A stretch of DNA of 35,190 nucleotides from the UHGV virus genome UHGV-1507218; one strand, written 5' to 3'. The notes beneath the pieces are model-generated. The model was not told the origin of the DNA. It searched no databases and saw only the letters and a list, made by a program, of their open reading frames with translations. The stretch comes from a virus. The position numbers and the translations under genes were made by a program. This document shows positions 1-6,737 of this stretch, piece after piece (positions within the stretch are counted from its first letter, which is position 1; each line of letters begins with the position of its first letter).

Positions 1-22
1 AAAAACCACCCGGAGGTGGTTT
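1..22 (-). terminator. Rho-independent terminator downstream of the tRNA fragment (host side)
   Basis: Minus-strand hairpin AAACCACCTCCGGGTGGTTT followed by TTTTT. Confidence 0.6.
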
Positions 23-64
23 CACGACACTGCTTATTGCTTTGATTATTCTACTTTATCCCAA

Positions 65-119
65 TGGTACCCGGAGTGGGACTTGAACCCACACAGCGCG
101 AACGCCGAGGGATTTTAAA
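65..119 (-). tRNA. leuZ: Partial tRNA: 3' 55 nt of tRNA-Leu(UAA) (leuZ-like); core of attR
   Basis: Reverse complement reads TTTAAAATCCCTCGGCGTTCGCGCTGTGTGGGTTCAAGTCCCACTCCGGGTACCA. This is the anticodon loop (UAA), long variable arm, T-arm and acceptor 3' strand with CCA. No matching 5' acceptor strand or D-arm lies upstream, so it is a fragment and not a gene. Confidence 0.6.
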
Positions 120-259
120 TTGGTTGTGAAATATATGAGTATCAATCAAATACAATTTTATTCCGAACATAGAATACTATTTGTAGCATTTAACAATCAG
201 ATAGTTACGCCATTCACAGCTACCATCTTCTGACAGAAAAACAGCCACATAAGCAAAAA

Positions 260-499
260 TTATTCAGTCGCGCGGTACCAGGACTGCCAGCGGTAAATGT
301 TGGTGCGCAGCTCCTGCCCGCACTCCGCCGTCTGGGTATCCGCCTGCAAATCCGCATCGCTATCAGAACCTGCATTACTCAGTTTGCATGGCGGGTTCAT
401 CAAATCCGGGGATATTGTTGGCCGCGTCGATAGCTCGCTGGCGCAGCTGCACAGCAGCAGGATCAAACTGGCACTTAGTATGATTCGGGTCGTTGACAT
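260..499 (-). CDS. Rz1-like o-spanin (outer-membrane lipoprotein) overlapping Rz in another frame
   Basis: Signal peptide with LLLCSC lipobox, proline-rich mature part, ORF largely embedded in the Rz frame. Confidence 0.6.
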   Translation of the reverse strand: MSTTRIILSASLILLLCSCASELSTRPTISPDLMNPPCKLSNAGSDSDADLQADTQTAECGQELRTNIYRWQSWYRATE

Positions 500-752
500 A
501 TTTCACCACATCACGATAAACGGTACGGTAGATCACTTTGGCTTCAGCACTCGCTGTCGCCGCCTTATGCTCTCCAGCTACTACAGCCTTTTCCTGCCTC
601 TTTTCCCGCGTCTTCGCCAGGCTATTAACGTGCTCTGAATGCGCGTACCAGCCTTTCAAATATCCCGCCCAGAAAATACCAGCGACCAGCGCCAGCGATA
701 TCCCCGCAATAAGTAATTTCGCGTTGCCATTCATTCGTAAAGCCCCCAGCAC
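375..752 (-). CDS. Rz-like i-spanin (N-terminal TM, periplasmic coiled coil); start may be the internal Met at 734
   Basis: N-terminal TM LLIAGISLALVAGIFWAGYL, charged helical remainder, position directly after the endolysin, Rz1 embedded. Confidence 0.6.
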   Translation of the reverse strand: MLGALRMNGNAKLLIAGISLALVAGIFWAGYLKGWYAHSEHVNSLAKTREKRQEKAVVAGEHKAATASAEAKVIYRTVYRDVVKYVNDPNHTKCQFDPAAVQLRQRAIDAANNIPGFDEPAMQTE

Positions 753-1267
753 GTCAGCGCACTTTCCTGATCGCGGCGGTCAACCTGCCCGTAACAGCCG
801 TTGGCCTGCCCTTTCGTTAACCGGCAATCTCGGCCCCCGTCGAATATCCAGCGCCGGATCTCCGCGCATGCCCCTTTGCGGTCGCCGGCATTCAGCTTGC
901 GATAAAACGTTGAAGGGAAACACTTACCCGGCCCAATGTTGTACGGGCAAAAGCTGGCAATGCCGACTTTCTGCGGCTCAGTTAGCGGAACGTGAACATT
1001 CTTTTGTACCCATGCCAGCGCCTTATCGCGTTCGATCGCGTTGTAATGGTCACACTGGTGTTGCGTTAACTTCATTCCTTTCACTACCGGGCGGCCATCG
1101 ATGCGTGTTACCCCCCGGCATATTGACCAAACCCCACCGGGATCGATAACCGCCGTTAGCGTGTTACCCTCGCGTTCACCAATAAACTGATCGAACAGTA
1201 CCGGCGCTGACGCACCGGCGGCCAGGAGTGCCAGCATGGCGGCGCTGAACTTAGCTTTGTTGCTCAT
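731..1267 (-). CDS. SAR endolysin (phage lysozyme, P21 R-like)
   Basis: N-terminal Gly/Ala-rich weakly hydrophobic SAR helix [19 protein letters not shown]; [22 protein letters not shown] matches the E-D/C-T catalytic signature of P21-type lysozymes. Start placed at MSNKAKF. Confidence 0.75.
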   Translation of the reverse strand: MSNKAKFSAAMLALLAAGASAPVLFDQFIGEREGNTLTAVIDPGGVWSICRGVTRIDGRPVVKGMKLTQHQCDHYNAIERDKALAWVQKNVHVPLTEPQKVGIASFCPYNIGPGKCFPSTFYRKLNAGDRKGACAEIRRWIFDGGRDCRLTKGQANGCYGQVDRRDQESALTCWGLYE

Positions 1268-1481
1268 ATTCTCGCGCCTTCCGCCGGTCGTCTTTGATTT
1301 TGAAATACAGATTGGTGAGGTAGGTAAGCAATCCAAATACAATACTGGCCAGAACGCCGATTGCGGCCCATTGGCTGGGACTTACCTTATCGAGAAGTTG
1401 CAGCAGCCAGTAGCTGCCGCTTAGTGTGGATGTGATATACGACGTTCCCGCCGCTACATCCGGCAAATTCTTCATTCGCAT
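1251..1481 (-). CDS. Class II holin / pinholin (S21-like) with a dual-start motif M-R-M-K
   Basis: [52 protein letters not shown] is close to the P21 S21 pinholin. Two TMs and a charged C-terminus. Confidence 0.75.
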   Translation of the reverse strand: MRMKNLPDVAAGTSYITSTLSGSYWLLQLLDKVSPSQWAAIGVLASIVFGLLTYLTNLYFKIKDDRRKAREYEQQS

Positions 1482-1537
1482 GCCTTACCCCCACGGGGAT
1501 CACTGTGTGTAGTGGTGTGAGGGTAAGGTGTTAAACA

Positions 1538-1552
1538 GGTCGGAATCCCGAC
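1538..1552 (-). repeat. Late-operon hairpin motif copy 1 (GTCGGGATTCCGACC), 57 nt upstream of the holin
   Basis: Exact 15-mer shared with copies 2 and 4. Confidence 0.7.
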
Positions 1553-1564
1553 TATCTAATTCAA

Positions 1565-1789
1565 TTACTGCTGCATGGTGCTGATATAACTTTCATAATC
1601 AGCCATCGTTATGGCTTTTCTGTTATCCATAAGAACAAGCATCCAAAGCTGGGATAGATCCATGTCGGATAAATTTGTTACCGCTAATTCTGCTACCTCT
1701 TCAGTTTCGTAACACCCCTCCTTCCACTGACCGTTTTCACGTACAACGTAACCATTCTCAGATTTTACAATTTCCATAACTATCCTCAT
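1565..1789 (-). CDS. Hypothetical small acidic protein downstream of the tailspike (ATGA overlap with the tailspike stop)
   Basis: ORF with start/stop overlap coupling; no recognisable family. Confidence 0.4.
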   Translation of the reverse strand: MRIVMEIVKSENGYVVRENGQWKEGCYETEEVAELAVTNLSDMDLSQLWMLVLMDNRKAITMADYESYISTMQQ

Positions 1790-4161
1790 GCAGACACTAC
1801 AGGTGCCCAGTTGATTGTTGCGCTATCTTTACTCAGATATACAACACCATCTCCGGAATTAATTTTCCCAATTCGTTCTGATATCGCGCCGGCAGGCCAT
1901 TGATAATGCGCCGGATAATTCCAGCTATTCACTACATCGGCTTTTACACCACGGGTTATAAATGCTCTGTTTTCAGAAAAGCCAAAGACACCGATATTAA
2001 TATCGTAAAATTCGAAAGCAGCTTGCGAACTCAGCGCGACCGTGCCAATCCTCCCGCCTTTAAATACCGCCCTCGACCCAAAAGCACCGTTCACTGTTGA
2101 TAAGGTGCATTCGTTAAAAGTCACAGGGGCATATAAAGCCCCAATGGATGTTGCTGAACCTGAACCCGCCGGAGCGCGTAAATCCCCTACCGGATTAGTT
2201 ACCGTGACGTTATTAAAAGTAATATTTCCACGATAGTTATTATTAAACAGCAATGTGCCTATTACGCCACCATTGACCTGAACGCCAAGAGCATTTGCGC
2301 GCGGTCTGAACGTCGCCACATCCGGGTTATTAACGATAATTCCAGATCCTACCTGCAACGTGCCTGTTGCCCTCGGGGATTCCAGCGTAATTTTAGACGC
2401 AGGTTCTGCGATAATGATATCCCCGGCAACCAGGCCGCCGTATGTAGTCGAACGCCCAAAGTCACAGGAGACCACCGCACCCGGCGCAGCAATTGTTTTG
2501 ACGTCGGAAAAATCCATCGTCATCACTACTGAGGGTACTGTCGAAACCGTCGGTGTTCCGTCTGGTGCAGTTGCTTTCGGTGATGCATCAATGACAGCTT
2601 GACCAATAACAGTGTTGCCAAGGTTAAAACGACAAGTAATATAATTTAAACCGGCGATCGTAGTGTCACCCGCCTCTGTAGTAGTGATATAAGTTCTTTC
2701 ACAGTGAATGTTATGAATAACATCCCTGATACCAGATGCATAAATCGCTTTGTCGTATGACTGTTCTACCTGCATAGACACAACATGGTTTGTATTATCG
2801 GTGTCACCGCCTCCCGTAGAATAATAGGCATAGTCAGATGCATTACCGCAAAGTTCAGTCTGCAAGCGCAGGAAGGTAGAATCCCATATTGCTTCCCTGT
2901 GAATACCTATTCCATTAAAACCACTGGCACGAATATGACCAATATTAAGCCACTGCCCTTTTAAATAAACACCGTGCAGCGCTGCATCACGGTTGAGCGC
3001 ATCAACATAAAGACTGCCGATAACTACGACGCGATTAGCTCTGCCCTCTCTATAAGGTAAATCTGGATTACCTATAGTGATTGCGTAATCGCCATTAAAG
3101 CCAACCGGGTTTACTTTAAAAATCCCTGATGTATCGCTGATAATTCTGGAAACCTTCGTTAAATCGAGGGTTGAGGAAATTGTCCAGTAGCTGCCCCGGA
3201 AATCTACGGTCTTACCTTCCGAAGCTGCAGCGTAACGCAGTATGGCGTCTGTAGAGTCATCTGTGTTTCCTGGCTTAGCACCAAAATGAACCGGCAGTAA
3301 CTGATCTGTTACTCGTTTCCATCGGGCACCGCCGCCGGTGACAATAACACTTCCGCCATCGTCGATACTTTCCTCGTCCAGATGGTCATACTCAAAATAT
3401 CCACCGCCACAACCGAAGCCGGGTGAGTATTCAATTACATCAATTTTCTGCTGTATCTTCGTCGGTTCAATACTGCGAAGAGCCTCAACAGATGGACAGC
3501 GACCGATATATTTTAAACCGTCGGCGCTTTGCAAATTAAGCGCCGTTTGCCAGTCAATGCTACCCGGGAACACAGGCAAGCTATCACCTGTTGCCGCATC
3601 ATACGCCTGCACTTTACCTTTACGCAGATGTGCCGGCGGAAGCTGGGTTAGCTCCTCATTTTTTGGTACCCGAAGCGTCCTTGTGAGACTTAAAGAATTT
3701 TGCTCCTGATACCATTTTTTTGTAACTGCATCCTGCGGGTCTACCGGGTCGCCAAGATTAGCAATACGGTAACCTTTTGCATTGAACGGCCCGCCAAAAA
3801 TCGGGCGGGTCAGTGCGAAACTAAGATCGATAAAAGCTCTCTGGATAGCCATCCAGATACGGTCAAAATCCTTGTTAACGGTATCCGCCAGCAGATCGCC
3901 GTTGTCCTGGTAATCAGTGAGTCGGTACGTTGGCACTACACGTTCAAGCATGACGACGGCACCGTTTGCCGGTGGCGTCAGAAAGGTAATATCGCCGCCG
4001 TCCTTATTGCCTACACCTGCAACGGTGTACCCACTGGTAACAACGTCTCCGTTTATGCTCACCTGCAGGTCGCTGGCGCTGATGATATAAAACTCATACG
4101 TGAAAACAGTCGTAAGACCATTCGCAGTATAAATGTTATAGGGGGTCTGGTTAGGTACCGA
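1786..4161 (-). CDS. Tailspike / tail fibre: T7 gp17-like N-terminal adaptor fused to a beta-helix polysaccharide-depolymerase-like body
   Basis: N-terminus (GYRIANLGDPVDPQDAVTKKW) resembles the T7 gp17 N-terminal tail-attachment domain. The rest is Gly/Asn/Thr-rich repeats typical of a right-handed beta-helix. Start placed at MSVPNQ (GGAG 9 nt upstream). Confidence 0.65.
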   Translation of the reverse strand, partial: SVPNQTPYNIYTANGLTTVFTYEFYIISASDLQVSINGDVVTSGYTVAGVGNKDGGDITFLTPPANGAVVMLERVVPTYRLTDYQDNGDLLADTVNKDFDRIWMAIQRAFIDLSFALTRPIFGGPFNAKGYRIANLGDPVDPQDAVTKKWYQEQNSLSLTRTLRVPKNEELTQLPPAHLRKGKVQAYDAATGDSLPVFPGSIDWQTALNLQSADGLKYIGRCPSVEALRSIEPTKIQQKIDVIEYSPGFGCGGGYFEYDHLDEESIDDGGSVIVTGGGARWKRVTDQLLPVHFGAKPGNTDDSTDAILRYAAASEGKTVDFRGSYWTISSTLDLTKVSRIISDTSGIFKVNPVGFNGDYAITIGNPDLPYREGRANRVVVIGSLYVDALNRDAALHGVYLKGQWLNIGHIRASGFNGIGIHREAIWDSTFLRLQTELCGNASDYAYYSTGGGDTDNTNHVVSMQVEQSYDKAIYASGIRDVIHNIHCERTYITTTEAGDTTIAGLNYITCRFNLGNTVIGQAVIDASPKATAPDGTPTVSTVPSVVMTMDFSDVKTIAAPGAVVSCDFGRSTTYGGLVAGDIIIAEPASKITLESPRATGTLQVGSGIIVNNPDVATFRPRANALGVQVNGGVIGTLLFNNNYRGNITFNNVTVTNPVGDLRAPAGSGSATSIGALYAPVTFNECTLSTVNGAFGSRAVFKGGRIGTVALSSQAAFEFYDINIGVFGFSENRAFITRGVKADVVNSWNYPAHYQWPAGAISERIGKINSGDGVVYLSKDSATINWAPVVSA

Positions 4162-4181
4162 CATAAGGGAAGCTCCGGCGG

Positions 4182-5792
4182 CTAGTAATCTACAGCGACC
4201 GAAATGTCGCCATCGTATGGCTGCCAATGCTCCCTCGCCTGCGCGGTCGGAATCCCGACTAATTTCCCAATACGCACAGGCGTAGCGCTGATCGCGCCGG
4301 ATCCCGAATCGATAAAGTCGTCTGGTTGGTTAGTTAACGCCGGGTTAAAGTCGCGCATCTGGTCATACATCGGGCCATCGAGCACGTCGGTATGTGCCCA
4401 CAGGAACCGGGACGACAGCGGCGCTTCGAATGCATCGAGGATGCGTTTTTGTTTGTTGGTGACGCTGAATTCTTCCCGTACGCCGCAGCCGGTACCCTTC
4501 AGTGCCTGAATAAGCAACTTCCCGGCAAAACTACCGGGGCCGTTTACTTCTACGCAGACCAACGGGATCTGATACTTCAGCACCAGCTCTTTAATCTGCA
4601 TCACCTGACCGCCGGTGATTTTGTCGTTGTCGCCAAATTCTGCCAGCTCGCCAGTTAATCCCTGGCAAACATGCCAGTAAAGATGCCCGCGGGCGTCGGT
4701 GAAAATAAGGGAAAATGCCGAAGCATCAGCCTTAACTTTGCCGGTGGCCACATCCCACCAGGCGACAGCACCGACGATTTGCGTCTGGCCAAGCCACATC
4801 GAGCAGGAACGGTTCGCATAGCGAATTTCAGGCTGGACGTTGTACTCGCGGATACGGTCGGGATCGAGACGAACCTCGCCAACCGGTTTACTATGCAGCT
4901 GATACTGGCTATCCCATTCGTTGATTGTACGGGTCTCACGACGGCGCTTTGTCATTTCCTCCGGGGTGAACCTTTCCGGCCATTCACAATCGGCGTAACA
5001 GTCAACGGTAGTACCCGGAGCTTCGGCAAACTCGATACCATCATCAGTGAGTCGATAATCAACATCTTCAACGAGCAGACGCGCACCAATATGAATACCC
5101 ACGAAAACATATTCCGGCCTGAACGGTAACGAATAACGGCTCGCAGTAGCCTGTTTTTCCTCGATACGAAATTCTTTACCGAATAGTTTAATGGTCAGAC
5201 AATCAGCGCCCATAGATTCAACCTCATCGTAAAGGCTATCGTGGGTATGCGGTGTACCGATAAAGAGCTTTCGCCCACCGGGTACAAGAATGTGTGTCTG
5301 CTCACCTAGCCGATAACGCAGTTTTTCCCGCGCCTCCGGCGTCTGGATATTGCGGGGCACTTCTACGTCATCGTTCTGACATTCATCAGCGCGGGCCGAT
5401 GTAACGTTAGAGAGGATCCCCTTTGCGTACATGCTGCCGTTACGCATATCCAGAGAGCCGTTAACCCACCACTGCTCAACGGTGCCCTGTCCATCCGGCA
5501 GCATGCCTTTGGTCAGTGGGTGGTTGCGTAATACGTTCTGCGTATCACGGCTAGTTTTGTACGCTGTGCCATCGGCCTCAGACTGGTGAAGGATGCGATA
5601 CTGGCGGTTCTGGTAATATCGCCATGCGTTATATACCGCCAGAATGGTGGATTTACCGAAGCCACGGAAACAGCGAAGCACCGCGAGATCTCCGCGATGC
5701 TCCAGCCAGTGGCAGGCTCGGTAATGGCAGTCGGGAACCTCCCACCCCATCCTCTCCGCCCATATTATGAAAAAGGCGACGAATGAAATCAT
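4182..5792 (-). CDS. Terminase large subunit (T7 gp19-like)
   Basis: Walker A LRCFRGFGKST and FIGTPHTHDSLYDEVE parallel T7 gp19 LQAFRGIGKS and YLGTPQTEMTLYKELE. ATGA overlap with the upstream small gene. Confidence 0.8.
   Translation of the reverse strand: MISFVAFFIIWAERMGWEVPDCHYRACHWLEHRGDLAVLRCFRGFGKSTILAVYNAWRYYQNRQYRILHQSEADGTAYKTSRDTQNVLRNHPLTKGMLPDGQGTVEQWWVNGSLDMRNGSMYAKGILSNVTSARADECQNDDVEVPRNIQTPEAREKLRYRLGEQTHILVPGGRKLFIGTPHTHDSLYDEVESMGADCLTIKLFGKEFRIEEKQATASRYSLPFRPEYVFVGIHIGARLLVEDVDYRLTDDGIEFAEAPGTTVDCYADCEWPERFTPEEMTKRRRETRTINEWDSQYQLHSKPVGEVRLDPDRIREYNVQPEIRYANRSCSMWLGQTQIVGAVAWWDVATGKVKADASAFSLIFTDARGHLYWHVCQGLTGELAEFGDNDKITGGQVMQIKELVLKYQIPLVCVEVNGPGSFAGKLLIQALKGTGCGVREEFSVTNKQKRILDAFEAPLSSRFLWAHTDVLDGPMYDQMRDFNPALTNQPDDFIDSGSGAISATPVRIGKLVGIPTAQAREHWQPYDGDISVAVDY
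4245..4259 (-). repeat. Late-operon hairpin motif copy 2, inside the TerL 3' end, 85 nt upstream of the tailspike start
   Basis: 20-nt identity with copy 4 (GTCGGGATTCCGACCGCGCA). Confidence 0.7.
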
Positions 5793-6133
5793 TTTTTCCG
5801 CTGTTGTATGCGTTCGATAACCTCTTGTGCTGCACGTTCAGCCGCAGAGACCTGTTGCCCCAGTCGGAACGCTTCATCGTCCGGATCTTCTCCTCCGGTT
5901 TTCGGCGTACCGCCGCGAGTATGCATGCCAATAAGTGAATGGACTTTTACCAGCAGGGTTAGCGAGGCGGCTGCATTCTTCTTATGCCAGTACCGATCGC
6001 CGCGTTCCTGTTTGGTGTGCTTTGTGATTTCCTTCCCTGCCCCCGGCCAGTTGTCCGGATCGGCTTCTTCCAGAACTACATCTGTGAGCTTATCGCTAAG
6101 AGCAGTAAGGCGAGTTTTGTAATCTGAATGCAT
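5789..6133 (-). CDS. Putative terminase small subunit (translationally coupled to TerL)
   Basis: Position immediately upstream of TerL with ATGA overlap; small charged protein. No direct motif. Confidence 0.4.
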   Translation of the reverse strand: MHSDYKTRLTALSDKLTDVVLEEADPDNWPGAGKEITKHTKQERGDRYWHKKNAAASLTLLVKVHSLIGMHTRGGTPKTGGEDPDDEAFRLGQQVSAAERAAQEVIERIQQRKK

Positions 6134-6180
6134 AAAAAAGCCCCGTGGTTATCCATAGGGCTATGATGTGCTGGGCTAGA

Positions 6181-6195
6181 GGTCGGAATCCTGAC
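6181..6195 (-). repeat. Late-operon hairpin motif copy 3 (variant GTCAGGATTCCGACC), upstream of TerS
   Basis: One mismatch; followed by a hairpin plus T-run immediately before the ATG. Confidence 0.6.
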
Positions 6196-6205
6196 TATTG
6201 TTGAG

Positions 6206-6418
6206 CTACATTTCACTCAGCATTTCAATTTCTTCAGCCGTAGGCTCAACAAACTTAACTTGCTCAATAGGCACTAACATTGGATGTCCATCTTTAAGAA
6301 CAATGATATGCCTGTTCCACCAGTCGATCCCAAAAACAAAGTGCCGTTGTTTAGAGCCTCTCAACATGGCAACAAGTTTTGGGAACTCGGGCATAATGCC
6401 GTATTCTTTCTTCGCCAT
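6206..6418 (-). CDS. Hypothetical protein in an AT-rich moron
   Basis: ORF in a low-GC island (about 6198-6740) contrasting with the GC-rich flanks. Confidence 0.4.
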   Translation of the reverse strand: MAKKEYGIMPEFPKLVAMLRGSKQRHFVFGIDWWNRHIIVLKDGHPMLVPIEQVKFVEPTAEEIEMLSEM

Positions 6419-6421
6419 AGT

Positions 6422-6736
6422 TTAAGTTCTTGGGTGCTTAATATCGAAAATATCTCGATAGGATTGTGCATAGGATTTTTTAAATTTCGAATAGCATTCC
6501 AAATCTAATGCGCGAATAGTTTTAGTTACTTTATCATGACACATCAAGCAGAAGACTAACCCTCCACCAAACACTATTCCCATAATAACAGGGTTTGCTA
6601 CTCCCCATATTAAACTAGCTAGCAATCCTAAAAATCCAAAACCACCAATACACGCGCCTAAACCACGATTAGTTTTAGCGTTTTGATAACTACGCTCCAA
6701 TGCCTCAAGCGCTCTAATATCCATATGTTCACCCAT
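6422..6736 (-). CDS. Small inner-membrane protein (2 predicted TMs) in an AT-rich moron
   Basis: Two hydrophobic helices (GLGACIGGFGFLGLLASLIWGV; PVIMGIVFGGGLVFCLMC), charged termini, low GC. Confidence 0.45.
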   Translation of the reverse strand: MGEHMDIRALEALERSYQNAKTNRGLGACIGGFGFLGLLASLIWGVANPVIMGIVFGGGLVFCLMCHDKVTKTIRALDLECYSKFKKSYAQSYRDIFDIKHPRT

Positions 6737-6737
6737 T

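Noticed and set aside
65-145. A complete tRNA gene at the left end
   Set aside because: Only the 3' 55 nt match a tRNA-Leu. No complementary 5' acceptor strand (ACCCGGA) or D-arm is present upstream, so it is an att-site fragment.
538-1149. Long plus-strand ORFs (for example 538-1149, 7332-7886, 10658-11317, 14858-15418, 17471-18118, 18953-19948) lying across minus-strand genes
   Set aside because: They are antisense to well-supported, tightly packed minus-strand genes in GC-rich DNA. They have no RBS and their products are low-complexity Arg/Ala-rich, so they are shadow ORFs.
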